This document shows, one piece after another, positions 10,879-21,627 of a stretch of DNA of 64,000 nucleotides; position 1 is the stretch's first letter, and each line of letters begins with the position of its first letter. The notes below the pieces were generated by a model. That model saw only the letters and a program-made list of their open reading frames with translations, was not told where the DNA came from and ran no database searches. Position numbers and translations under genes: made by a program. The DNA is taken from assembly GCA_963727805.1 (NCBI GenBank), contig CAVSHF010000005.1:480001-544000 (forward strand), given 5' to 3'. The stretch comes from an uncultured Nitrospiraceae bacterium (GTDB taxonomy: Bacteria > Nitrospirota > Thermodesulfovibrionia > Thermodesulfovibrionales > Dissulfurispiraceae).

Positions 10879-11787
10879 CTATTGTACTATACTGAATATC
10901 TCAACTCTGTTATTGTCCCTGTCTGCAATGAACAGATCGCCGCTGTTTGTGATGCATATTTGGGTCGGATAGTGAAGAAAGCCCTCTTTCCACCCTTGGG
11001 CCAAATGCCTTGCCTGAAAGGAGCCATCCCTGTTGACGGTAATAATCGTACTGCTGTTCTGGTCTGACAGGAATATGGTCCCCATGCTATCAATAGTGAT
11101 ATTGGCAGCGAAAGTTATGTTCTCTTTCAAGGATTTCGTCAGGGGAGTAAAACCTTGGGCGTCCTTACCGGCAGCGTATACGATGGAATTTACGCTATCA
11201 ATCAGAAATATCGCACCTTGAGCGTCCACTGCAAGATCTGATATGAAACCATATCCATCGGGAAATGGCAGCGACCGCATGAATTTGCCTGCTGGATCGA
11301 GAACCAGCACTCGTCCATTAAATATATCAAGGATATAAATAGCATCGGTTCTATCGATACTGAAGCTCCTCGGCATAAAATCAGAGGGAGCCGGTAGTCC
11401 CTGGGGTGTGATATAACCCGTTAGCGCACCCTCCGGGCTTATCCGGGCAATGCGACGCTGCTTTCCGTCAAGAACGAAGATTTCTCCCTTTGAATTCACA
11501 TGGACCCGCAGTGGATTGGACAGTCCTGAAACTGACAGCTCATCTCCCCCCTTCAATACGCCGTCAACGAACGTATACTTGAGCAGATGATTCCCCCCCG
11601 TATCGGCAACTACAACGAGCGATTTATAGTTGCAGGCGACCCCCTCTGGCAGTTTTATGGCGCCACCCTTGCTGTCAGTGTATATTGAAGCCACAAACCG
11701 AAGTTTGGTTGAGTCGGCACTGAATGCGCCAATCGGCAGGAGCAGAAGTACTACTACAGTAACCAGTTTTATTATCCTCTTTATCAT
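10879..11787 (-). CDS. Exported NHL-repeat beta-propeller
   Basis: PEGVA...VADTG, PTQICI...IADRDNNRV repeats; signal peptide. Confidence 0.88.
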   Translation of the reverse strand: MIKRIIKLVTVVVLLLLPIGAFSADSTKLRFVASIYTDSKGGAIKLPEGVACNYKSLVVVADTGGNHLLKYTFVDGVLKGGDELSVSGLSNPLRVHVNSKGEIFVLDGKQRRIARISPEGALTGYITPQGLPAPSDFMPRSFSIDRTDAIYILDIFNGRVLVLDPAGKFMRSLPFPDGYGFISDLAVDAQGAIFLIDSVNSIVYAAGKDAQGFTPLTKSLKENITFAANITIDSMGTIFLSDQNSSTIITVNRDGSFQARHLAQGWKEGFLHYPTQICITNSGDLFIADRDNNRVEIFSIVQ

Positions 11788-11791
11788 TTGA

Positions 11792-13081
11792 TCACCTCTT
11801 TAATTTAACGTGACACTGTGTGCATAATTCATTGATGGGAGAAGCATAAATCATGTACTTATGCTCGGTACCGTGAGCGCGGTGACAGCTCAGGCACTGC
11901 AGCGTAAGATTTTTGTTCCGAGGGTCTATTACCTTTTCACCGATCGGATGTGTCGAATGCTTCTGCCACTCATGACATGTACTGCACAAATCGATAACAT
12001 TCGGCTGTTTGAAAAAGTATGCATTGTCACTGGCATGGGGATCGTGACATGAGCTGCACATTCCGTCTTTTATCGGCGGATGCTTCGTCTGTGACCTGTC
12101 CTGACGCTCAATGCTATCGGCATGACAGGCGCCGCAAACTTGACGCATCGGAGCTTTTACAAGCTTGGGTTCGGCTGAAGCATGTGGATTGTGGCAGGTG
12201 AGACAGCTTTTTTTGGTCATTAGTGGCCAGTGTATCTTATTCTTGCTGAAAACATTGTTAAGCATAGAGACATGGCAATCCATGCATAACTGGGATCCCG
12301 ACTTCTTTGTCGCCAGCGGGTTCGGCGAGGTCGGATCTTGATGACATTGGCCGCACATCTTGGCTGCAACCGGTTTATGGACATTTTCAAAGAGAATGCC
12401 CGGCTTATTAGAGCCGTGCGGGTTGTGGCAGGTCGTGCAGCGAGCTTTCGCCACTGGGTAATTCATGTGCTGTTTGGCAAATATTGGCCTATTAGTAGTG
12501 TGGCATTTCAGACACAGTGACGGCACCTCATCTCTGAGGAGGAACTTCGCCTTTGTCGATGCGTGAGGGTCGTGGCAGCTCAGGCACCCCTTTTCCACCG
12601 GCGAGTGCTTGAACTTCACCTTCTGCACCGCTTCCCCCATTTCCTTATGGCAGCCGAAGCACAGCTCATTGCCTGCCTTCAACAGATTGAATTTGTTTTG
12701 GGATGAATGCGGATCATGACAGAGCACACAATTGTTTTCTACGACTACCTTATGAGAGCTTACGCTTTTTTCTGGGATCACTGTCTTATGACAGGTGCGG
12801 CAAATGGCGCTTTGGTCTGCAATAAGGAGCTTGCCGTGCTTTGAAGTATGTGGATTGTGACATCCGGTACATTCACCTGCTTTAACAGGGGTGTGAATAT
12901 AAGGATTTTTGAGCTTGTCCTGAAAGGCGACATGACAGTTCAGGCAGACCTTTCCCCTAGCCCCTATGTTCAGGTTAAACTTGTTGTCTGCTGAACTGGC
13001 AGGCGTTCCCACGGAGAGAACACAGACAATGAAAAGCAGAAGAGGCAATGTGATTTTCAAATATGAAACAGCTCCCTTCAT
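11792..13081 (-). CDS. 16-heme cytochrome c
   Basis: 16 CxxCH counted; signal peptide; CHNPH/CHDPH repeats. Confidence 0.93.
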   Translation of the reverse strand: MKGAVSYLKITLPLLLFIVCVLSVGTPASSADNKFNLNIGARGKVCLNCHVAFQDKLKNPYIHTPVKAGECTGCHNPHTSKHGKLLIADQSAICRTCHKTVIPEKSVSSHKVVVENNCVLCHDPHSSQNKFNLLKAGNELCFGCHKEMGEAVQKVKFKHSPVEKGCLSCHDPHASTKAKFLLRDEVPSLCLKCHTTNRPIFAKQHMNYPVAKARCTTCHNPHGSNKPGILFENVHKPVAAKMCGQCHQDPTSPNPLATKKSGSQLCMDCHVSMLNNVFSKNKIHWPLMTKKSCLTCHNPHASAEPKLVKAPMRQVCGACHADSIERQDRSQTKHPPIKDGMCSSCHDPHASDNAYFFKQPNVIDLCSTCHEWQKHSTHPIGEKVIDPRNKNLTLQCLSCHRAHGTEHKYMIYASPINELCTQCHVKLKR

Positions 13082-15060
13082 TTCTTACCTCCCACCACGT
13101 GGCATTCTTCACATGTCCGAGCATCAAAGGGCGGATGAACAACTTCTTTGAAGAAGTGCGCATCCTTTGATGCATGGGGGTCATGACACGTCCTGCAGTC
13201 GATCACATCGGGATTAATACCGATGTGTGCTTTGCTGAAGGCCTCGTCTTTCAGATCGTGACATTGACTGCATATATCTTTAAGAGGTTGGACAAGCAGT
13301 GTCCGCTCGCCCGAATAATGAGGCTTGTGGCAGGTCAGACAATCGCTGGCGGCCGGCGGATGGGCCTTTTCCTTCTTCATTTTCTCACTCTTGTCCTTAT
13401 GGCAGGAGAAGCAGAGATCGGGACCTTCCGCCAGCAGAAGCTTATTCAGTTTCGACTTATGCGGGTTATGGCATTTTGTGCACTCACCCGATGCAAGAGG
13501 CTTGTGTTTGCTCACGCTCCCGTCAAGTCCTTTGCCGAGTTCAACATGACACGAAAGGCAGAGCTTATTCTGCTTATCAAGAAGCACCCCGGAAACATCG
13601 CTTGAATGCGAGCTATGGCAGGAAAAGCACATGCCACCTGCAAATGGGACGTGGTTTGAACCGCCTTTAACTTCTTTCATGAGCTCGGCGTGGCACTTTG
13701 CGCATAACTGCGCTCCGTCAGCCTTCAGCAGTTTCTCTGTTGCCGATCCGTGAGGGCTATGGCAGGCGGCACATTGCGCTTTCCGCACCGGATCATGCAT
13801 ATAAGTTTTTTGGAACCGCGTTTCAGCATCGATATGGCAGCTAAAGCAGACCTTGTCCATTCTGTCCTTCATCATGCCCTGCAGATTCGAACCATGCGGA
13901 TCATGACACGTGCTGCACTTTTGCTCGGCAAACGGCGGGTGAATGACCTTGCTCTTCAGCACCTCTTTCAACTTAATGTGGCAGGTCAGGCAGATCTCGC
14001 CATCCTTGACCTGCAGGAGCCGCGGATTTTTTGCAGCATGCGGTGCATGGCATGACAGGCAGCCCTTCCCACCTGTAACCGCGGAGTGGCTAAAGGCAGG
14101 TTTTTCACTTTTATCTTTATGACATATGAAACAAAGATTATTGCCGCCTTGCATGAGCAGCCTTGGATTTTCCGATGAGTGCGGATTATGGCATGATAGG
14201 CAGAGGCCTTTTTTGAACGGTGCATGATCAACCGTCCCACCTGCCCTTAAAGATGCTGAATCATGGCACATTTCGCACATAGTGCTACCCTTTTGTGTCA
14301 CCTCAAATGGCTTCTGTGACTGGGCCGCTACGTGGCATACATCACATGTCCCCGACGCAACAGGGTTATGCACACTCGTCTTCAGCAGTTTCGGCTGTTC
14401 CGATGCATGGGGATTATGGCAAACAGTGCACGATTTGGTTTCCACCGGATACTCCCCGTGCGCCTTCTTAAAAACTGCAGCGCTCTTGTCATGACAGGAA
14501 AGGCATAATGGGGTCTCCGGCTTTATAAGCAGATTTGTCTCGTCGGAGCTGTGTGAGAAATGACATGCCTTGCAGCCCTCTGTTTGCATCACTTTATGAA
14601 TAACTTTCTTTTCAAACATCTCCTTCTTATGACACTGGAAGCAGACATCATTGCCCGTCGCATTCAACAAATGGCTCGCTTGTGATGCATGGGGATTATG
14701 GCATTGCGTACATTTGCCCGACTTCAACACAGAATGGACATGAGGTTTAGATAGACCGAGCTTCTCTTTTGCGTGGCAGGTATAACAGAGCTCGTTGCCC
14801 GCTTTTTTAAGGACGTTCTTTGGCACCATTCCATGCCTTATGTGGCATTCTTCGCACTTTTTCTCTTTCACCACGGCATGAACGCTCTTCATCGAAAAGT
14901 ATTTTTCAGCAAACGTTGTATGGCAGTCCAGGCATTCTTTACGGGTAAATTTCCTCTCGGCAGCACTCCCAAACACTGCAAAAAGAATAACCATGCTGCA
15001 CAAGAGCCCTGCCACCACCGCTAATCCCTTCTTATGTCGTGCCAATGAGCTCCTCCTCAT
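13078..15060 (-). CDS. 26-heme cytochrome c
   Basis: 26 CxxCH counted; GGGAG before ATG 15060; signal peptide. Confidence 0.93.
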   Translation of the reverse strand: MRRSSLARHKKGLAVVAGLLCSMVILFAVFGSAAERKFTRKECLDCHTTFAEKYFSMKSVHAVVKEKKCEECHIRHGMVPKNVLKKAGNELCYTCHAKEKLGLSKPHVHSVLKSGKCTQCHNPHASQASHLLNATGNDVCFQCHKKEMFEKKVIHKVMQTEGCKACHFSHSSDETNLLIKPETPLCLSCHDKSAAVFKKAHGEYPVETKSCTVCHNPHASEQPKLLKTSVHNPVASGTCDVCHVAAQSQKPFEVTQKGSTMCEMCHDSASLRAGGTVDHAPFKKGLCLSCHNPHSSENPRLLMQGGNNLCFICHKDKSEKPAFSHSAVTGGKGCLSCHAPHAAKNPRLLQVKDGEICLTCHIKLKEVLKSKVIHPPFAEQKCSTCHDPHGSNLQGMMKDRMDKVCFSCHIDAETRFQKTYMHDPVRKAQCAACHSPHGSATEKLLKADGAQLCAKCHAELMKEVKGGSNHVPFAGGMCFSCHSSHSSDVSGVLLDKQNKLCLSCHVELGKGLDGSVSKHKPLASGECTKCHNPHKSKLNKLLLAEGPDLCFSCHKDKSEKMKKEKAHPPAASDCLTCHKPHYSGERTLLVQPLKDICSQCHDLKDEAFSKAHIGINPDVIDCRTCHDPHASKDAHFFKEVVHPPFDARTCEECHVVGGKK

Positions 15061-15402
15061 GTATTCTCCCTCAATTTGGATTTGAATATTGTCCATTCAT
15101 AACTCGGAACGTCGATTAAGTCTTTTGATAGCAGGAAATTGTTTATAACAGTGTTTCCCCAACTGTGCACTCTCAGGTTATCGCTCTGTTCATTGCATGC
15201 GCTGACGGGACTTTGGAGGATGATCGTTTCTGCACGTGAAAAGCGTAGATCAGAAGGTTTTGCAATTGCACTTGCAACCGACAAAAAAAGGACCTCGGAA
15301 CCGCAGCCTAAAAGTCTGCGACCTTTCGGGGAACCCTGTGCAGAAATGCCGATTTCTTCCCACATAAAATAATTCCTGTATGTAGTCTGTAACTACTATA
15401 TA

Positions 15403-17193
15403 TTACCCGGATTTGGAAAGGTAAATCTTTACGTCGCCAGCCGCTCTCAGCCTGGCCGCATATTCTTCCACAGAATCTTTAAGCTTCTTGTTGTATACCT
15501 TTTCCGCTATTTTCTGCTGAACCGCAGTCAGGGTTTCAGCCTTCGGAGGCACAATCTGCTTTACAATAAGTACATAAAAATAGCCCCCGGGACTCGCAAA
15601 GAGTCTCGCATCATCCGCTTTGGCCCCGCCCACAACCTTCTGTATCCCCTCCGGCAGGCTTTTAACAGTCAGGATATTCCCCTCAAACGAGAGCGAGTCC
15701 TTGGCATCTTTCTTCACCTGCCCTTCGGCATTGCTCAGCAGCCAATTATAGTCGGTGCCCTTTCTCAGTTTCTCCATGGCATTTTCAGCATCTTCTTTTT
15801 TTGTAAAAGCAAGACTGTTCAATCTAATCATCTCTGGAGAGGAGTATTCGTTTATATGTTCTTTGTAATACCCCTCAATCTCATCTTTACTTAATTTCAC
15901 GTCGGGGGCTACAACCTTTTCGACGAACGTGCCGAAAATAACAGAGTCTCTGTATTCTTTTATCAAGGTCTTGAATTCATCAGTCTTGTCCACACCCTGT
16001 CTGGCGGCTTCGCTGTCCAGAAGCGCTTTATCAAGCATGTTCCCGAGCACTTCATATTTCTTTTCATTGATTCGCTTCTCGGCAACGGCCTCTTGTATGC
16101 CATGAAAGAATGACTTCTTGATGGCGGCAGCCAAAATACCAACGGTGACAGGCTTCTCTCCCTGTATTACCGCGACAGTCCTCTTGTCCTTCGAGAGTTT
16201 TTCGAGGCCGGGTTTAGCGGCTTCAAAATCAAGGTTTTTGAGTAGCTGTTTGTTGACTTTCACATATTTCCTAATGAGCGCTGCCATGTACTGCCGAATC
16301 ATTTTGGCCTTCTGGTCGGCAAGCGACCGCTGCTCCGCTTTTGCCTTTGCCTCCGCATTGTCCACATAGCGAACATCTATCAGCTTGACCACCGAATATC
16401 CCGAATTATCCTTGCCAGCCATAATCCTGATGACAGGACTTACAGAACCTGTCTTCATCACCGCCACGGCATCAGCCACCTGCGGGAGGAGATATGCGGG
16501 CGCGATGAACTCTTCCTGCTCATTTCCCTTCGCTTTTTTATCTGCTACAGCCTTTGCAGCCAGTTCCTCAAAGTTCTTCCCGGCCTTGATATCTTCCAGC
16601 ATATTCTTCGCGTCTTCTTCCTGGAAGAATAGAACGGATCTGATCTTCCATTCCTTGATCATGTCTCTGTATAGTGCCTCAACCTCTTTAGGGTCCGCCC
16701 TGGCGTCTTTCGCAGCTCCTTGCAGGAGCAGTTCCCTGCGTAACTGTTTCTCATAAGCGCTGACCGTATCCGTCACTTCAGGCAGCTCGTCGATACCCAT
16801 CCCATGGGCTTCCTGGACAATCAGCCTTACGTTAATAAGGCGATCGAGTATTGAAGCATAATCCAGCTTCTGAGCTGCCGTCTGTTCGCTCCTCTCTTCA
16901 TGAGAAGCAATCAGCGCGTCCCTGACTTCCTTAAGTGTGATGCTCTCGTCGTTTACCTTTACCACGGGGACGTTGGAAAATATTGGTGAAAAAAGCGGCA
17001 CGCTGAGACCTATATTTACCTCACCAGGGCCGGACTTTGGAGCAGGCTTTGCCTCGGGACCAGCTGTCTCGGATGTTTGAACGTAGCTTTCTGCAGGCGC
17101 TTTCTTATCTTCTGCGTACGCCGGGATAGTGAAGTAAATGGGCAGCATGAGTGTACAGACAAACACAATGATCATTCTCATTATTTTCTCCAC
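15403..17193 (-). CDS. Periplasmic parvulin/SurA-type peptidyl-prolyl isomerase chaperone (OscH-like)
   Basis: Two rotamase-like domains (GKNFEELA...GSVSPVI; GYFYVL), VKVNDESIT; strong SD before GTG. Confidence 0.85.
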   Translation of the reverse strand: MEKIMRMIIVFVCTLMLPIYFTIPAYAEDKKAPAESYVQTSETAGPEAKPAPKSGPGEVNIGLSVPLFSPIFSNVPVVKVNDESITLKEVRDALIASHEERSEQTAAQKLDYASILDRLINVRLIVQEAHGMGIDELPEVTDTVSAYEKQLRRELLLQGAAKDARADPKEVEALYRDMIKEWKIRSVLFFQEEDAKNMLEDIKAGKNFEELAAKAVADKKAKGNEQEEFIAPAYLLPQVADAVAVMKTGSVSPVIRIMAGKDNSGYSVVKLIDVRYVDNAEAKAKAEQRSLADQKAKMIRQYMAALIRKYVKVNKQLLKNLDFEAAKPGLEKLSKDKRTVAVIQGEKPVTVGILAAAIKKSFFHGIQEAVAEKRINEKKYEVLGNMLDKALLDSEAARQGVDKTDEFKTLIKEYRDSVIFGTFVEKVVAPDVKLSKDEIEGYYKEHINEYSSPEMIRLNSLAFTKKEDAENAMEKLRKGTDYNWLLSNAEGQVKKDAKDSLSFEGNILTVKSLPEGIQKVVGGAKADDARLFASPGGYFYVLIVKQIVPPKAETLTAVQQKIAEKVYNKKLKDSVEEYAARLRAAGDVKIYLSKSG

Positions 17194-17491
17194 AGAATTC
17201 CTCCCCCGTATCCCTGTATTAATGATTCTTTACGATGGCAACAATGCAAGCATACCGTGCAATAGTCCCATTATAACTATTTATTACGCCATTTTCAATA
17301 GTCCAAATCTAATCAAAATCTATCAGAATCTGACAAACCCGGACATGCCTGCGGGTCGAGTGCTTTAGTTATGTTGTGGCGCGAATTTCGTGTGAGGAGA
17401 CCTCCAGTTCTGATGAAAACCGCCGGCTATCCAAGAATAAGCCATAGATTCCGAGGTCATTGCGCATTTATCCGTTAATGAATTATTCGGG

Positions 17492-18664
17492 TTATGATTC
17501 CATAGAAGACTGAGTGATGAAAAGATTTTTCTGCAGCATTCTCAAGATCCTCGTGGTGATTCTGGAAGTCAACTCGTGGGCAGTGTATACTTTGCCCCAG
17601 TCAAAGGCGTATATGTAGTCATCCCCTTCATTATGACTTCTCGATGCCCATATGATCCTTCCGCTTGTGAATATCCCGCCTGTCCTGTATATGACATCCA
17701 TCGAGAATTCCACCTTTGCTGCCTCTGCCGAACTTTGAGGATCCAGATATTCAAAATCGTTGCCGATCAGCACAAGGTCTGTGTCAAGGAGGCTGCAGAG
17801 AAGATCGATGTCGGAGATTGATATGCCTTCAGGCGTTACCAGTCTCATGTTCAAAAGGTTCTGCCGTACAATTCCGGGCTCGATAACCTCGAAGTCTCCG
17901 CTTTTCACAAGTTTTTCGACAAAATTCAATGCAATCAAGTCACCTGCGTTCCGTCGCATACTTCTATTTGTAAATGGGACCACGGCAATGCTATGTCGTT
18001 TGCCCTTATGAAGAACAGCCGATGAGAAGACGGCCCTGGGACTATATCCCCACCCGCCTTTATTCAAAGTTCCGGCTTTGCCGGAAAAATTATCCACGAT
18101 GGAGTCATAGAGCCGCCCAAACGCCTTTGCTACCAGTTTTTCAGGGTCTTCAATCAACCAGATGCCTAATATCCCCGGTGACTCATCGCCCGCAAGCGAG
18201 ACACTATCTATCCAGAGAATCGACACCTGTTCTCCGGTTGAAACAAGGCGGCTGAGCACAGCGATTTTCGGCGGCGCCTTCTCATCGTATAATTCGATAT
18301 CAGTGATAAGCACTGCACCGATGTCTAACTCAGACTTGAAGGCTTGTGCTGTCTCGATATCTATGCCGCCTGTATAACGCAGTCTGTGGGCCGCCATAAA
18401 CCGATTGAGAGTTGTATCATCCAAGATGGAAAATCCCAAAGACTTTAGATGATCAACTGCCGATTGCCGGAAGGCTTTGAGCGGAACCGCCTTTCCGCTC
18501 AGGTTTTGAAATGGCAGGACTGCTATTTTGAGCTGGCCGATATTAGATTGTTTCGGGAGCGCCTGTTGTCTTGAGCCTGTTGCACAACCGAACAGAATGA
18601 GCAGGCTCAGGCATACCGGAATAACAAAAAAATATCTATTTAAAAAGCTTATCGAGCAGATCAT
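17492..18664 (-). CDS. Lipoprotein with two CsgG/TolB-N-like domains (OscG-like)
   Basis: LFG-C lipobox; IAVLPFQNLS and IAVVPFTNRS repeats. Confidence 0.75.
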   Translation of the reverse strand: MICSISFLNRYFFVIPVCLSLLILFGCATGSRQQALPKQSNIGQLKIAVLPFQNLSGKAVPLKAFRQSAVDHLKSLGFSILDDTTLNRFMAAHRLRYTGGIDIETAQAFKSELDIGAVLITDIELYDEKAPPKIAVLSRLVSTGEQVSILWIDSVSLAGDESPGILGIWLIEDPEKLVAKAFGRLYDSIVDNFSGKAGTLNKGGWGYSPRAVFSSAVLHKGKRHSIAVVPFTNRSMRRNAGDLIALNFVEKLVKSGDFEVIEPGIVRQNLLNMRLVTPEGISISDIDLLCSLLDTDLVLIGNDFEYLDPQSSAEAAKVEFSMDVIYRTGGIFTSGRIIWASRSHNEGDDYIYAFDWGKVYTAHELTSRITTRILRMLQKNLFITQSSMES

Positions 18665-19226
18665 TCACTGCTTTTTCGGTCACATCGTTCATAGGGGTAC
18701 CGCCTCCACCAAGGAGCCTGTCTTTTAGTTTTATTCCTCCTTTTGTGGAAGATGCTGTCCATACCACCCTTCCTGTTTGACCATCGAGTATCTGTAGGCT
18801 CATCGAAATGACGTTTGCTTCTGCACTTCCCGAACGCATTTCGCCATATTCTCTTATTACACCGGTGACCACAGCATTCACTTTCAAGTTAGATGCCAAG
18901 CTAATCACTTCTTCAGTGGACGGTGCAACAGGATTGGCTATATTGATCCTTGAGAGAGCGCGGTAGACTTCCCCGGGCGGCAGCACGTAAACACTCCCCG
19001 TCTCCATCAGCATGGGAGTGAAAACGTCTCTAACTCTATCGCCGGCCATTGAGTCCCTTGAGAGATTTGCAAATGGCATCACAGCCACCGTCTGTATCGA
19101 GGTGAAGTCCATATTCTGGTCTCGCCAGACCTCGCCATGTCCGCCACATCCCGATAGGGCGCTCACAGCAACCAAAAGGATAATCAGTTTAAATATGAAT
19201 GTTTTCATGTACTTTACAGTCTCCAT
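18636..19226 (-). CDS. CsgG/GNA1162-like lipoprotein (OscF-like)
   Basis: LSG-C lipobox; VAVMPFANLS, DGQTGRVVW; start may be 19208. Confidence 0.8.
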   Translation of the reverse strand: METVKYMKTFIFKLIILLVAVSALSGCGGHGEVWRDQNMDFTSIQTVAVMPFANLSRDSMAGDRVRDVFTPMLMETGSVYVLPPGEVYRALSRINIANPVAPSTEEVISLASNLKVNAVVTGVIREYGEMRSGSAEANVISMSLQILDGQTGRVVWTASSTKGGIKLKDRLLGGGGTPMNDVTEKAVNDLLDKLFK

Positions 19227-19296
19227 TTAACCATTCTAACATTAATACCATCTTCCTTCAACTTCGTTGCAAATATTTCCAAATGCCCAGCAAATT

Positions 19297-21606
19297 TCAG
19301 AATGTAGCATGGAGTATCGCATTAAACGTGTCCTGGCTTGTGTGCTGGGTTAAGCTTGTTATGATGGACTGTGACTTAAAGGCCAGATATGAAATGGTCA
19401 GAAATGCATACCTGCTGATATTCCAGCGAATGCTTGGCGAGAGTAATGTATCCTTCGTACTGTTCAATGAGGACAGATTTTGATTGTAGCTGCAATTGAA
19501 CAGGAGTGTGCCATCGGGGAACGGCGACCAGTTTGCGCCGTAACTCGTAAGCGTTGTCTGCTGCACATTGACTCCGGAAAAGATACCGTATGACCCGAAA
19601 AGGCTCAACGTAGGGAAAGGAGTATAAGTGAATGATATGTCGCTTCGTGTGGATATCGTCTTGGAATCGGGTGCGCCTCCTCCCGTTGTATTGGAATTAG
19701 TCCACGAATAGTCAGCGTTTATAGTCAGAACCCTGTAGGGAACGAGACTGAGTGTGGAGGTCATAATTTCACTTTTGTTTTCTTGAAGTGTCGCCGAGGT
19801 GCTCCAGCTTGCCCCCCCTGAGATCGATGCATTCACCCCTTTATATAATTCGGCCAGATTGGTGAGGAATAGCGAGGATGTGTCATTCGGCTTACCTCCT
19901 AACTGTTCCTTCCTGTTGCTGAAGACAAGTGAGTCACTCAGCGTCCTGATGGGTACCGCAGTAAGGGATGCATTACTGATATATGCGACGCCGGTACCCT
20001 GCAAGCCGTAGCTATCCTCCCTTGCCACCCTAGCGTTTGTAGAAAATACCGGGTTGAACTTGTAAGCCCCGGACAGTCCATTGGTGATAATGTAGCTTTT
20101 CTGGCTCGGTTGCCCGACAGCGAAGCCTGAACCCGCATTCGACGTCTCTGAATAGAAGGCCGACATGTCGTAATAAAGAGTCGGGCTGTTGAGTATTCTC
20201 GTCCTCACGTTCAGGTTATAGGTCTGTGAAGTCGTGGTAGTCTTGAATTTCGCATTTTGCGAAGAAGTTGCCGTATCGAATGCCTGGATTTGGCTGATCA
20301 GGATGTTATTGACATCCACTCCCGGCACAGCAGCCGGCACAGGGAGAGGCCTTGTTACCACCTTGATGAACTGGGTTGTTACTTTTTGAAAGGTAATTCG
20401 AAACGTCCTATCTATCTGCGAGAATATAAAAGTCGCCGCCGGCTGGTAGAGGGTCCACTGCTGCGTGGCTGTGGGATTCACCCCTTGCCCGATATTGGGG
20501 TCGGAGCTTATATAGACATCCCAGGAATACGATGTGGCTATACTGCTGACATCCTGATTAACAGTGACAAAAATGGCATTGACTTCAGTGGGCGTAGCAA
20601 AGGCCACCCCCATATCACGAGGGTTGCTGTCGGCCGGGTTCGTCTGGGGAAATCCGATATTCAGCTTTCCCACATTTCCGATGAAATCGCCGCCGTTAAC
20701 AAGGAAAGGTGTGGACTTCATCGCATCATTGGCCGGCGTATGAGGCGGCAAATCCACGCCTAACGGTGAGTCGGCTGTCGAGTCGACAGCGTATAGACCC
20801 GAAACGGGAAACAGGCTGACTTGTATCTGGCTGCTGCCCCCGCCACTGGCAGCAGTTGTGTCCTGCTGGGAGATGTCCCCATCGGCGGTGAGCGACACGC
20901 GGTTGTTAAGAAAAGAATGCCAATAGATGAATCTGCCCTCATTGGCGATTTGCTTTGTATCTGTATTCTGCAGTTTGTCCTTTGAATCGTTGTAAGTAAA
21001 CTGATAATTCAGATCGAGGTTGCTTATGGGGGTAAATTTGGAGCCCACGATGAACCGGTCGCCGATTGTATCCTGAAGGGCACGCTGTGCGTCATATGTC
21101 TCTGTCCTCTGCCCCGTCAAATCCAACTCCGGCAGCCCCGCAGGCTTGAAGGTGAACAGCCCGCTGTAATTATTATTGATAATGGTCTGGGGTGCCGAGC
21201 CTGTGGAATTCGTCGTAATCTGGAGCCTGTTATAAGTGATCACCGCTGAATAAGGTGCGCTGTTTAGAGTAAGGGTGACATTCGGTTGCAAGGTCTTTGT
21301 CCTGGACGTTGTGTCGACGTTATCCGTGCTGGACTTTGTCAGATCATCCTGAAAAATACCATTCGCAGAAAGTATGAGGTTGGGAAAGAGTGTCTTCTTG
21401 AGCATAAGGGTATATTGCTGCAGGTAATCATCCGTGGTCGTGCTGGAAACTTTTCCATTTCCACTGTCGGTCTTCGATCGGGTATTAGAATAGTCCCATT
21501 CCGCATTAACACTTATATCGTCGGCACAGGCACTTCCGGGGAATGCTGCCGTATTTATGATAGCAACGGCAAGCAGAAATAAACAGAACAGCCATTGTCG
21601 TATCAT
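19297..21606 (-). CDS. Outer-membrane beta-barrel with inserted domain (OscE-like)
   Basis: Signal peptide, Ser/Thr/Tyr-rich amphipathic strands, C-terminal ...LHATF. Confidence 0.75.
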   Translation of the reverse strand: MIRQWLFCLFLLAVAIINTAAFPGSACADDISVNAEWDYSNTRSKTDSGNGKVSSTTTDDYLQQYTLMLKKTLFPNLILSANGIFQDDLTKSSTDNVDTTSRTKTLQPNVTLTLNSAPYSAVITYNRLQITTNSTGSAPQTIINNNYSGLFTFKPAGLPELDLTGQRTETYDAQRALQDTIGDRFIVGSKFTPISNLDLNYQFTYNDSKDKLQNTDTKQIANEGRFIYWHSFLNNRVSLTADGDISQQDTTAASGGGSSQIQVSLFPVSGLYAVDSTADSPLGVDLPPHTPANDAMKSTPFLVNGGDFIGNVGKLNIGFPQTNPADSNPRDMGVAFATPTEVNAIFVTVNQDVSSIATSYSWDVYISSDPNIGQGVNPTATQQWTLYQPAATFIFSQIDRTFRITFQKVTTQFIKVVTRPLPVPAAVPGVDVNNILISQIQAFDTATSSQNAKFKTTTTSQTYNLNVRTRILNSPTLYYDMSAFYSETSNAGSGFAVGQPSQKSYIITNGLSGAYKFNPVFSTNARVAREDSYGLQGTGVAYISNASLTAVPIRTLSDSLVFSNRKEQLGGKPNDTSSLFLTNLAELYKGVNASISGGASWSTSATLQENKSEIMTSTLSLVPYRVLTINADYSWTNSNTTGGGAPDSKTISTRSDISFTYTPFPTLSLFGSYGIFSGVNVQQTTLTSYGANWSPFPDGTLLFNCSYNQNLSSLNSTKDTLLSPSIRWNISRYAFLTISYLAFKSQSIITSLTQHTSQDTFNAILHATF

Positions 21607-21627
21607 TACCGGCGACCGCCTCCTATC

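Noticed and set aside
15290..15360. c-di-GMP-I (GEMM) riboswitch
   Set aside because: Has GCACAGGG and GAAA, but lacks the GGCAAAC...GACGCAAAGC core
17235..17265. sigma54 promoter before the PPIase gene
   Set aside because: TTGCA is present but GG-N10-GC spacing is not met
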